Notes under the pieces: generated by a model
The model's input: the letters and a program-made list of their open reading frames with translations, nothing else
The model's database searches: none
What the model was told of the DNA's origin: nothing
Source of the DNA: Gnetum montanum
Lineage: Eukaryota; Plantae; Gnetophyta
DNA length: 64,000 nt
Assembly (NCBI GenBank): GCA_015680685.1
Contig: MNCI01000808.1
Location: 28,340-92,339, forward strand
Direction of reading: 5' to 3'
Shown here: in pieces, positions 1-12,462 of the stretch
How the letters are laid out: each line of letters begins with the position of its first letter
Position numbering within the stretch: position 1 is the stretch's first letter
Made by a program: the position numbers and the translations under genes

Positions 1-29
1 AGTGTGAACGACCAGGTATGGTTGCCATC

Positions 30-445
30 GTCCGCTACGACGCTAAACTGGTAACCATCGTCCGCCACGACGTTAAATTGGCAAGTTGTAACCGTCCGCT
101 ACGACGTAAAACTGGCAATGTTGTACAGGTCCGCCAAGATGAAAAAATGGTATCTTTTGCACGCGTCCGCCACGACACTAAACTGGCACAGGTAAGTAGT
201 CGTCTACTGAGATGTAAAACCAGTACAGATCTGTCCCTGGGTCATGACACGAAACTGACATCCACAACACGGTCTGATGAGACCATAAATCAGACATATC
301 ACTGTCCGCTACGACGTAAAACTAGCGCTTCTCGGTCCGCCCAGACTTTACATTGGGACCATGGTCTGCTAAGACTTAAAACCAGCAATGATAGTCTACC
401 AGGACTTAAAACTGGGACTTACAGATTGCTTCCATGTAAATCAAG
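30..445 (+). repeat. Tandem array, ~22-bp core TCCGCTACGACGTAAAACTGGC with variable linkers (~12-13 units)
   Basis: Units visible at 30, 61, 95, 130, 166, 203, 234 and onward. Confidence 0.9.
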
Positions 446-1537
446 CGAGCGTGATCATCTTTGTACGGCTACACAACAAACGAGGTGGGATACTGGGACA
501 GTCCCAACGTCACCACCCCACCGGCATCCTACTGATTCCTCGGATGAGCTGAGAGGCATCTTACTGATCCCTCGGAGATGCCGTCGCTGTGCCCACTGCA
601 ACAGTGGTACCTCTGAGAGTTTAGCCCCGCCAGCCGGAGCCTCGACGAAATCCTCATCGACAACGACCTCGGGAACCTCCGCCGATCATCGCTATCGGAC
701 GCCGGCTTCGCAAATTCATCTAGCTAGTTTCCTATACAACCAGTTAGCTGCACTGTGTCTGATGCCTTTTGGCGAAGATATGCTGGGCCAATCGTCAGGA
801 TTGGCAGCTCCTCCCTCATGCTCCAGCTCCTTCTCCACGGCCCAATCGCTCTATCTCACATCAAACGGCACTCGTTTCGACAACCTCGCCTCTTCTTCGC
901 ATGAGCAATGGTATCCTCTGTTTTCTTCTGTGGCTGCAGGTTACTTGCTTCGAGGATGTCATTCAAAGGTGCGTTCACCTGAGCGGTGAAGAACAACAGC
1001 GTTTTGAGATGGCTACTAAGGTTTGCCCGACCACTTAGATCTGCATGTCTATACCTCTCATAATCTTACCCTTAGCTCTTATTTCGTTTCATCCCTACCA
1101 CCCGCTCCCCGCACGCAAAAGCTACATACGCAAGCATCCATTTTCCGCACTTGCACTCGCAGAGATATCTCAGAAGTGATGCGTCATGCTCCTTTTGCAA
1201 GCATTCCTGCTATAATCAGTGACAGAGAGATCTCAGGCTGATGCGTTACGCTCGTCTGAAAGCATTCCTGTTGACATAGGTGTGCGTACGTTTCTATGCG
1301 TTCAGTAAGCGTATTCCATACTCCTACCATCCTGACTCATTTTACGTCTTCTCCGAACCTGTTTCCTACTATGTCATTCTATCTCCTATTCCCTCCAGCT
1401 TTGCTCTTCCATGTTCACAGGGCAATGCTTGAGTAGCCATGGATGGACGTTGTTCTTGCTTCTACCAATCCGGTGTTTCATATTTTTTATCAACGTCTTT
1501 CGGGCAAGCCCTCCAACCATCAACAAAGAGGGGCCAT

Positions 1538-2427
1538 TGAAACACCGTGAAAATTGCGAGTCGGTCTCAGGCAAAGATTCGCAATTCAGGCAAGGACGCA
1601 TGCCAGAATTCCAGAAGGGATAGTAAGACAGAGCAACACCAAGAGGCGCGTAGCATCAAGTCCTCAACTTCTGCTGCAGATTCCTAATCTTACTATGTTT
1701 TCTCTATTTACGCTATACCATGCGATGTAGCGTAATGGAGCTTAGCGTGATTCTATTTAAACATAGTCCGGCATCAGAAGGCTAGTTACTTCGACATAGG
1801 GAAAGGCTTGAGCAGCGTAATATGTGACTTCTTGTATATTTTGCTAAGTCTTTTGTTCAAGGCCAAGTTTACGCTCTATTACGCACGGCAGCGTAATGAG
1901 CTCCAAAATAGTCTGCACGGTCTGCAGACTCTATTGGTCAGAAACAGTTGATCGGTAGATGTCAGAGCTTGACCTTCCTTCCATCCCGGCTTTGGCCCAC
2001 GAGGTAGATCGGACTTCTGTTTGGACAGTTTTCTTGTTGTTTTGTGCTTACTTTGCATCAAGCAATCGGGGTCTCCCCAGTGTAATGTGGTATACAAAAT
2101 ATACATTTTTTCAAGTCAAAGCGTAGATCTTGAAACTAAGTGTTTCTCTTGTGCTAGCCTCCTTTTATCGCGTTTAGCATCATCATCGTTGCAATACATC
2201 TACGTCATTTTCCCCTCGTTTTGCGATTCCTCGAATCAGATCGCTCCACAAAATATTCATAATCTTCATCGATTTACTGATTAGGAAGTCCCTATCTGAT
2301 CAACAAGACCATTCAGGGCGTCACGGATTCGTTTTCCAGCATAGCCCTCGCACGGATCCGTGGTTAAAATTGTGTACGCGGAATTTTATTTGGTATTTTC
2401 CAGCTGCCGACGTTTTCCATCGTTACA
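1538..2427 (+). repeat. 3' LTR (TGAAAC...GTTACA)
   Basis: Starts TGAAACACC right after PPT, as at 31866 and 44681; ends ...TTTTCCATCGTTACA, resembling 33501-33519; TATTTAAA box ~1754. Confidence 0.7.
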
Positions 2428-4860
2428 CCTGGTACCTAGGGGAAATGTACCAATTTTGGCACAATAGAGAACAAGGCACCACCATTAACATTTGTGGTGT
2501 GACAATTGACTTCTCTATGTAGGCCATTTCAGAAGTATTAAACCTTCCAAATACAAGGCCAAAGGTTGCTCAGTTATCCACCCGTTCAGACCCTAATGCA
2601 CAACGAGTTTGGTTGGAGAGGGCATATGGCAAGGATAAGACATTCGGAGAGTTGACAATGGAAGAGAGGATCTATTTCAAAATTGGAACGTATCACCTCT
2701 TCCCCATGAAGGGCTAAAAAGGATTTCAACATATGTAGCAAGGGGATGTGCAGTGCTGATGGGAAATGTCAATGCTAACTTGCCTCATCTATATTTCACA
2801 AAGATCCTAAGGCAGTTTGAAGAATGAAAGACAGGGAAGCTTGCCTTACCATTCCCTTGTCTTATCAGGAAGTTATGCCAACGTGCTAGTATCAAAGGAT
2901 ACACTAATGACATCCTCTGAAAATCCTAGAATGCTTCATATGATGAATTGTTAAAGCCACCAGCTACAAGGAAAATCACTAGTGAGATGCTGGGACTAGA
3001 ACAAGAAAAAGAACAGACAGATGAACCAACTACAACTCAATTTGCAAGACCCAATCCACTTCCAAGTATGGGACCTAACCAACAACAGGAAGCAGGGCCT
3101 AGCATGAGCCAAGATCAACCATCGCTATCACAAGATTATAAACGTTTGATAAGACATCTTAGGGCCATCACTAAGATGGTTAATTGGGGAATTCATGATG
3201 ATGCAAATCTCTTTTGCATCATTGATGATGCTATACAGCCCATGGTTTCTTTGGGTCATGCAAGGGGTGAAGTGTCCATCCATATAGGAGGAGGGGAAAG
3301 TACTTGGTCACAATAGATCTCAAGAAATGTTGCATCTTTCCAAGTGCAATTAGAAACTGGTGAAGGGGCCACAGTGGTGGTCATGCAACACCAAGATGTA
3401 GTAGGATCCATAGAAGTGGTCATAGACCACATTAAAGAATCATTCAATGTACCTGTTGTGCCACTGGTAGATCTCACAGGAACATGTGATGCTCAAAATT
3501 TGGTCGGAACCTCAATGACTCCTACAGAACATGAGGATGTGCTTGAAAGATTGCTACAAATAGGACAAGTAATGATGTCCCTATTTGACATCCCTCAAGA
3601 TGTTACATCAATTCAATCAGATCTCATTTCCACTAAGGGGAAGCTGGTCTTGATAGAGGTGAGGGCCAAGCATGCTAAAGTAGAGGTGCAAAAATTGCAA
3701 GAAAATCTTGTGGCCCTACAAGTAGCATAGTGGGACCCTTCGTAATTTTTTCCCACAGATCAATTAGACAATTTCAAAATTAAGCAACTAACCAAACTAC
3801 TAACAAAGAATAAGAAGGTGGTAGAAGAAAAAGAGGAGGCTGTTTGGGATGCCTCTACAACACAAGCGCAAACTCATGCACATACCAAGGCACTCAAGGC
3901 CATACAAGTGGAAAACAAGCTGCTTGTTGTCAACAACCTTCGGTTGACCTTTGTGGAGAACCAAAAGAATGTTCTCAAAGAACACTTTCATTAGTTGCGA
4001 GAACAATTCATCTAGATCAACCAAGACATGAGCCGTTTAGCCAAGGAGAATTGAACCCTCTTAATGGAGGAGGTACACACCATCCGCCAAAAGACAGCTA
4101 TCAAAATAAGCACATGGAAAAATGAGGCAAAAAGGCATGAAAAGCTAAAGGAGCACTTCCGGGACTAGGTGGGGATGTACAAATAGATCCTTGAGAAGGA
4201 GATCCATATGGCCAAGGCCCACATCAATGCTATTAGTGCTCAACACACTGACTAGTGAGCCATATTCAACACATATTCCTTTGTCCACTAGGTAGAAGTT
4301 AAGAACTGAGACCTGCAAATCCAAGATTTTACAAAATACATGGAGTTGGAAAACTTGTGGTATGCCAACCTTGCCATGTTAATAGTAGGGCACATAAGGA
4401 TAGAGCTCAAACAATAGGTAGCTACCACCTACAGCAAATATGAAATAGAATTTGTAGAACACAATAAGATATTGCAAAAATTGGAGATTGCAAATTCTGA
4501 ACTTGAGGTGGTGAAAGCAAGCTACCAAGGACAAAAAGGTGTCACAAAAAATTTGGTTCAACGGCTTGTAGATTTTCAAGAATACAAAGACAAAGCTAGA
4601 GCCTATGATGAGGAACGATGGGTGTTTGTGGCTTGGAATGTCAAGGGAAATCAAATGTTTCCACAACTACCCTACCTATGGGAGGTGCCAACTCCATTAA
4701 ACATCATAACATTAGCATGGACAGCACAAGATCCCTAGACTGAAGAGGAGAAACTCCAGGCCATACTTCAATGCCATCAAGTCCCAAGACCTAGAGCATA
4801 AGACAAGGGAAAAGCACCTATGAAGGAGCCACTGCCACCAGGAACTACATGAGTTCCACC
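2428..4860 (+). pseudogene. Degenerate Athila-type extra ORF (ORF2/env-like position; coiled-coil C-half)
   Basis: Broken ORFs 2948-3316, 3344-3730, 4472-4738; motifs AISEVLNLP and LPFPCLIRKL shared with minus-strand copy at 18900-21725; lies directly upstream of PPT and LTR. Confidence 0.7.
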
Positions 4861-5041
4861 AATTTTGTAGCTGTAGGATTTCCTTTCGCATTCTTTGTGT
4901 TGTGTCTCAATTTTTTTTATTCCATGCTGCAACATAAACCCATTCTCACCTTCCAATAATCCCATACCTATCCACTTTGTAATCAATGGAGCTTGTTCTC
5001 ACTGTAACTTGAGGACGAGTTTTCATTTAGTCATGGAAGTA

Positions 5042-5848
5042 TGATGAGTTTCCATTTTAGTTAACTATGATATCGTGTATGTGATATTGCATACATGATA
5101 TCGCAACCTATCTCCTCATCTATAAATAAGAGGTAGATAGTTCTAATAGGCAGTTTTTTGGTAAGTTTTAAGTATTTAGTTTTTAGTAGTTCTTTCTCTC
5201 AACCCTTTCCTCCTAGTGTATGCCCACAGTGTGGTGATTGTAATTGTACGGCATCCTTATTTAAGTGTGACATACTTGGACATGCACATAACTAGAAATA
5301 AAGATTGAGATTACTTCATCATTGCACCATTCACTTAGCTTCATTATTTATTTAATTTTTATTTACTACTTTCCTAGTTAATATCTTTTTACCCTAAAAC
5401 TCCTATTAAATGTGGAATCAGTACAACATAATCACGAGCATTTAAGTGTGACTACTTGGTAACCCAGTAGTGTACCTAGGATTTGCACTTTGTAATCCCA
5501 CTAGTAGTCATGCATGAGGTCCAAGATGTGTACGAATGATTGAGGAACAGATGCTCATCGCACTTATCCTAGCTTAGATTCTCTCTCACCCTTTCTCTCT
5601 TAGCTTAGTTAATCTTATTTACCATCATACCCAGGAGTAGCATTAGCATAGAAACACATCATACACCTCACTCTAGACTAAATCATACGTGAAAAAGTTA
5701 ACACTAGTCTAGATGAAAAAACAGTGAACTGCGACCTAAGAATAACTGTCTAGATACCACAACTAGTCCGTCTACGAAGTTCAACCAAATCGTGCATGAA
5801 ATGCTCATATTCATATGGTTGAGTATAGGGGTACCTCACCACTCATCA
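5042..5848 (+). repeat. 3' LTR of Athila-like element (TGATGAG...CTCATCA)
   Basis: 7-bp terminal inverted repeat, TATAAATA ~5121, preceded by TTTAGTCATGGAAGTA PPT-equivalent; end matches 22180-22213 and 28240-28275. Confidence 0.85.
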
Positions 5849-6154
5849 ATCTCCTTCAAGGTTGTCTACTTTATGTGAATGTAGTCTTTGAGTCTTGTCA
5901 GAGTGGTCATGAGCATATGAAACCCTTGCATAAGATTGGTTACTCCAATTTTCTTCAACATATATCTTGTTAGTTTTCTGATGATTTTTTTTGTTATACA
6001 ATGCATTATTGCTTCCTTGTGAAGGACATTATTGTTGGTTTATGGTGTGTGTGATTTAATATTTTCTAAAAGATATATCATTAATGTGTTTATAGTGCCC
6101 GTGTATAATATAACTAATCTAGATAACTAGCACCATAGGTAACAACAACACCAA

Positions 6155-7019
6155 TGATGAATGATGAGGTACCCCTCCATCCAACCATATGAATCACAAG
6201 TGTTCATGCATGATCTGATAAAATTTTATGGATGGGACTAGTTGTGCATCTAAATTTTTATGCTTTGATAATAGTTTGTTGTCTTCCCACTTGGACTAGT
6301 GGTAACTTTATCATGTATGGTTTAGTCCAAAGTGAGGCATATGCTTGATGTTGTCTAACCCTATGCTTCTCCTAATGACAATAAGAAATAGATTAATTAA
6401 GCTAATAAACAACAGAAAGTAAAATCTAAATTAGCCTATGTATGATGAGTATCCATCCCCAATCATTCGTACACAGCTTGGACTTTATATTACTACCACT
6501 AGGATTGCCAAGCATACGTCACTAGGCTTACCAAATGACACACTACTAGGTTACCAACTAATTACATGTAAGCACTCATGATTAAGTTGTATTCATTTTT
6601 CTTAATTATAGGAATAGTAAATAGCAATAAATGGAAATATTAACTAAAAATAGTAAACAATTAAACAATTAAATCAATGATAAATCTAAGTGAATGCTAC
6701 AATGATGGAGGTAATCTCGATCTTTATTTCCAATCATGTAAGATGTCCAAGTATGTCACACTTGAATAAGGATGCTATACAATCATAAACATCACAATGC
6801 AAGCATGCACTAGATATAACAAAACTTAAAATCAGAAAGCTAAGAAAAGCTATCAAAAACCAACAACAAAACTATCTTTCAACCATGCATCCAAGTGTTG
6901 TATTTATAGGATAGCACAGAATAGAAGATATCAGATATCTAACATCATTTCTTGGAGCTCAATATTATGTATCCGATATCAAGGATTCAATATCAGAGTT
7001 GATGAATCATGACTCATCA
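6155..7019 (-). repeat. Solo/orphan LTR of the Athila-like family
   Basis: TGATGA...CTCATCA termini; reverse-complement similarity to 5042-5848 (e.g. ATGTCCAAGTATGTCACACTT); minus-strand TATA at ~6901; no clear TSD. Confidence 0.75.
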
Positions 7020-7059
7020 ATAAGGAATCCTTCCAAGCCTCTAGTATGCATATTTATCA

Positions 7060-9100
7060 TTTTATAACAAAAGTGCATAGAAGTATTCATGAAGTAGAAA
7101 ATATAGGGGAAGAAATCAAAGCAACGATCTTTAGTTTAGTAGATATCAAAGCTCTAGATTTTGATGGTTTTCCTATTGACTTTTTAAAAATAATGGAACA
7201 TCATTGGAGATGATCTCTTTCATATTTTTCAAGAATCCCTTAAAAAGGTTTTTCTTTGTAAAAATATTAGTAAAGGTTTGCTTCGTCTTCTTTCTAAGAA
7301 TGAAGATCTTTAACATATTGTTACTTGAAGGTCTATTCCTCTCCTTAACAATACTTATAAAATCTTAGCTAAGTGCATTTCTTGTTGAATTCAGAAGGTT
7401 ATTAAGATATTATCAAAACTATGCAAATTAGTTTTGTTAAAGGGAGACACATATTAAATAATATTATTGTAGTTTGGGAAGAAATATAGAGAGTTCATGA
7501 TAATAACTAAAACATTATTTTTATTAAGTGAGATTATATCAAAGCTTATGATAGAATTAAATAAAATTTCATTATTTCTTATCTCTATAAATTGGAATTT
7601 CATGATTATTTTATTCAACTTGTCTATACCCTACTTATTGAAGCTAATGCTCAAGTTGCCACTAATTTTGTATAAAGTTTCTTCTTTTCTCTTTAATAAT
7701 CACTTTGTCAAGGTTGTTCTCTAGCTCTCTATCTTTTTATTATTGCTACAAATTTTTTTTACAGAATTTGTAGTATGATCTACAAAGGAATTTTATTAAG
7801 GAAATTTCAATTGATGATCAAGGTATCAAATTATTTAACATACACTTTTTAGATGATTCTTTTTTTATGATCAATAATTCTGTACAATATATTAATATTC
7901 TTTTAGCTAGAGTAGAGGATTATTGCATGTTATTTGGCTTATAGATCATTGGAAAATGTCTATTATTTATTGTAATGACAATATTGGTTTGTGGGTGACT
8001 CTTATGCCTTGGAAAATCTTGAAAAAAGATTTTGTCTTAAAAATTTTAGGAATATCATTTTCTTTTGAGCCTAATCTTACTATTTTTTGGAATTATGTGG
8101 TATATAAAATTAAAAATAAGCTTGATAAATAAAAAGAAAAGAAGCTCACCCTTGCTAGCCAAGTTTTAGTTATTAAGTAAATTCTTTAATCAACTCATGT
8201 TTCTTACTCTAGTTGTTGAGCTTCCTCTAAAACATCTTATGATAAAATTGATCATATTATGCATCAATTTCTTTGGTCTAGTAAGAAACATAGAAAAGGT
8301 TTTCTAGAGTTTCTTAGGATATTTGAACTAGTAGTAAGAAAGATGGAGGACTTGGCCTTATTAATTTTTATAACTAGGTTATTTCTCTTACAACAAAATG
8401 AATTGCAAAGTACATTAATGAAGATGATATTTGGATGCATCTTTTAAGAAATAGACTTATCTAACAAAAACTTGAGAATGATAATAATTGATTTTTTAAT
8501 AACTATCTTCAATGTCTTCTTTTTCCTCAGGCCATTTCTATTCCTAGCTTTCTAATTCTTGAACAAATTTGAAAGACATGGTGCAAGCTTAGTAAATATT
8601 ATAATTATAGTTATACTATAGTTTTAGAATATATTCTTAAATAAATTAGCTCATGATGGCTTCCTTTTAATGAAGAAGCTTTGGTTACTAATGCATCTAG
8701 ATTGTGAAACACTTAGAGTACATCTGATATCACTGTAGTTTCTTGTCTATGTATGCATGATAGATGGATTACTTGGAATTAAGCTTCTAGTCTCTATGGT
8801 TTAAATAGAAAGAGAAATAAGAATTTGAATTAGGATTTTTTAGATAATTTTTGAAAGGAAGGTAGATATGTTTTTCTTTTTAATTCAAAAATTACTTATG
8901 AGATTATTAAAAAGAATGATTTTATTTATAAAAAATTTAATAAGGCTTGGAAAATTTAATTATCATTGTAATTTTGGTGTCTTATTCATCAAGGGCTTCA
9001 TAGAAGTGGAGAATAATTTTTTAAAATGTTTTTAAGTGTCTTGTTGCTCAACATGCTTGAAAATGAACATTCAGAATTTGTAACAACTTTCAATCAAGAA
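7060..9100 (+). mobile_element. Degenerate L1-type LINE ORF2 (reverse transcriptase and downstream region)
   Basis: EEIKATIFSLVDIKALDFDGFPIDF (cf. KAPGPDGF), decayed WRPISLLN..YKILAK, FVKGRHILNNI, FLDD (cf. FADD), FLWS motifs; many stops. Confidence 0.85.
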
Positions 9101-12100
9101 TAAATAAAGTTATTCTTGGTGATTAGCTTGCTTTATCTACTTTATTTCTTTGCATTTGTAATTGTCTTTGATTACTTCTTCTAGACCCTATTTGAAAGTT
9201 TTAGTATGCAGTTATTTGCTAGTACTAAGGACATAACTATGACCTCTCTTTAGGTGTCAAATTCTAGATTCTCAAATATGTCACTTTTGAGGTACAACTT
9301 TAAGCAGAAAAGCTCCAACAAAAGCTAAACAATTAATTTGTTTATAGTATTAATTTCTTTTTATTTTATAGGCTCAAAATGGGAAGTTTTTAGCTTTTTT
9401 TTTTTACTATTTTTTATTTATATCTTAATGATGCATTCTTTTTTATTTAGAAAGAGTTTTCTCCTTCCTTTACAAAAAACCCTTTAGTAAGAAGTGAAAA
9501 CCCATGAGGGTACTTTTAAATAAGGGCAAGACCTAATCATTTTTCTATCCCAGAGAGAATATTTTTCAAGATTGATTGTAAGGATGAAAACCTTAAAAAG
9601 TATCCCTAAAATCATTGGGCATTTGATTTAGACTTTCTCTTCAATGATCAAATGTACTCTGATTTTTTTTTAATATTATTATTTATTTTTTTAGGGTTTG
9701 ACACCCCTAATCTATTATTAGAGGGGTATACATAGATTAAGAGTGAAAGACAACAAGCCTACTCTTTACTTTTGAATGATGTCACACTTCAAAAGAAATA
9801 CTCTAAATTAAACATCTAAGTACTATGCTAACAAAATAATTATATAGAATCTATGAACTATCCTAACAAAATAATAAATAACAAAATGAAAATAAAAAAT
9901 AAATTAAAAATAGCACATAATTTAAAATTAAAAAATAACAAAATAAGAATAAAAACTAGTATCATACTATTGAGTTCTAAACAAAGTCACACCCAAAATA
10001 AAACATATATTATATATTCTAAATTTTATACCCATTTCCTACTACCCAATTCCCCTTATCTTAGCAACCTAAGAGCCAAACAATGAAGTTTCAGCCTAGT
10101 GATCGAACTGTTAATTTAAAAGCTCTAAGTCATGGGTTTGATTTTGGTGGGCAATGTTGAGTTATAAAATTCTAATTAGGCTATATATCTAGTGGTGTAC
10201 CCATATTACAATTATTTTGGGGTTCCAATAGTCCTCCCAAAAATTCAAGAAATACCATAATTTGTATACTTATTCATCCTACCCACAACTATTTGCTTGC
10301 CCTCTTTCATAACTTACCCAGGATATCCCCTAATAACCAATAATCAATAAATAACAACTATTCACTACTCCCCACATCCATTTATCCTAGTCTTCCCCAC
10401 ACTTCTCTTCTCAAATATTAAAAATAACAAAATGAAAATAAAAAATAAATAAAATAACACAAAATTAAAAATTAAAAAAAGTACAAAAAATACACAAAAG
10501 AGTAAATGAAAATAATATGTGTTAATAATGAGGTGTTATCCTAGTAAAATAGGTCTTGACCTAGTAACCCTAGGTGAGGTCAAGGTAGCACTAAGTTATA
10601 CACTTCTATAAATCTTAGGGTATACCTATGTTTCAATCATTTTGGGTTCAAATACCCCTAATAATAATATTGTGTTTCCACCTAGAATTTTTATATGCAC
10701 TATTCTACAATAGCCCTTGTTATTCACTTTTCAAAAATGTCATACATAAAATACTCTTGATCTGGAAACTTTAAGTCATGTATTTGATTCCAGTAAAAAA
10801 TGCTAAGTTATAAAGTATTATGTGGTCTATATATCTTGTGGTGTATCTATGTTTTAATTGTTTCGGTTTCTAACACCTCATAAGTGTCATACATAAAATA
10901 ACCTAATAACCTAACATGTATTATAACTTCTATATGAATTAGCCATTCCTCCCATTCCTTCCCTTATCCCATCCCTTCCCCCTCCCTCACAACTATCCTA
11001 ACAACTATAACCAATAACCCCATGCTTAAAAGGGAAAATTTCATTCTCTTACAAATATTCTAGCATAGTCTTAAACTTACAATTAATTACTCATGAGAAA
11101 TAACTATTCATGGTGTGAACTCATCTAATAACCATTCTCTATATAGCCTATAATCCCATATTTAGCTAGCACCATTTTCCCCTACAAAAATTCTTCCACA
11201 CCCTTAAACCTTTGAACAACATGCATCTCATATCCAAAACTAATTTTTTCCACAAACTTGAGTGTGTCACTAATGAATAGAAAAAAAACTAATGAAAAAA
11301 AAAACTGAACCAACCTTCAAACCCTGTTATCCTCAAACATAAAAAACTAAAAACTTCCTTCACACTATACCCAATGAATACATGAGAGTATCGACCACAA
11401 TCATATGTACATATTTACCTAAAAACTCTACAAGTATATAATGCATCAAAACCTACTCTCCATGATTTTTTCTAATTATTTCATACTATAGACAAGTGCT
11501 TCTTACAAATTTGATTTAGGTATGTCATGGATTTTTATGGAAGCTTATTTTCATAATTTTGAAAAAACTATCAAATTACTTTTATAGAAATAAACAAACA
11601 AGGTTACACTCCTACCTTTTATATGAGATTACCAACTATGCTATACAACTACTCACTACCCTATCCCCCTTTTCTAATAACTACACCCCACTAACCTATT
11701 CTAAGAAGACTCTTGTATACCCTCTTATTCTCTATAAAACTAACTATAGCCCTTTGTATGCAATCTTGAACCTATAATCCTTAATAATAACATCAATTAA
11801 AAAAATAAAACCTAAACTACGCATGACCTAGAAAACTATCAAATTATAAACTACAAAATAATCCTGCACTCCATCCTATCAATTTCACAACATATTATAA
11901 TATACTCACAACCTAAATTCCCATAGTTGAATCCATAACCCATGAACACCAAAAAAAACTATCAAATTACTTCTATAAAAACAAGAAAGCAAATAAATAA
12001 AGTTACCTGACTAACCCTATACTAGATTAAAAATTATGGTAAATAACACCTAAAAAAGGTAGTACCAATTCTCACATCTAACAAACCCATTACTCTAGTG

Positions 12101-12214
12101 CTAAGTAATTATAACTTTTAAAAGCATTTTTACCAGTAGTGATTATAACTTTTAAAACAATAAGAAAATATTCAAGTATACTTTCAATTATTCTGTTAAT
12201 TATTATAACTAGGG

Positions 12215-12462
12215 TTTTTTTTTTTTGCAACAAAATGGATTGCAAAGTGCATTAATAGAGATGATGTTTGGATGCTTCTTTTAAGAAATAGAATTATGTA
12301 AGGAAGAACTAAGAATGATAACAGTTGGTCTTCTAATAACTTTCTTCACAGTCTTCATTTTCTTTAAGCCATTTCTATTCCTAGTTCTCCAATTCTTAAA
12401 CTTTTTTGGAAGACATAGTGTAAATTTAGTTAATATTGAAATTACAATCATATTATAGTTTC
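12215..12462 (+). mobile_element. Second LINE fragment of the same family
   Basis: Aligns by eye to 8390-8620 (CAAAATGGATTGCAAAGTGCATTAAT...TTTTAAGAAATAGA). Confidence 0.75.

Larger units (their letters stand above)
1..2427 (+). mobile_element. 3' end of a relatively young Ty3/gypsy Tat-type LTR retrotransposon (post-pol repeat array, 3' UTR, PPT, 3' LTR)
   Basis: Same post-integrase array and layout as 29900-33519 and 61945-63570; PPT AAAGAGGGGCC at ~1524-1535; LTR follows; CpG-rich compared with the rest of the window. Confidence 0.8.

Noticed and set aside
30-445. CRISPR-like repeat/spacer appearance
   Set aside because: Linkers only ~7-15 bp, repeats degenerate, no cas genes, eukaryotic retrotransposon context
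18-989. 323-aa ORF
   Set aside because: Runs across a tandem array in GC-rich non-coding UTR; homologous regions in sibling copies are not open; no domain recognised
9690-11820. Scattered TTAGGGTTT / AAACCCT motifs as telomeric arrays
   Set aside because: Isolated single units in AT-rich DNA, expected by chance
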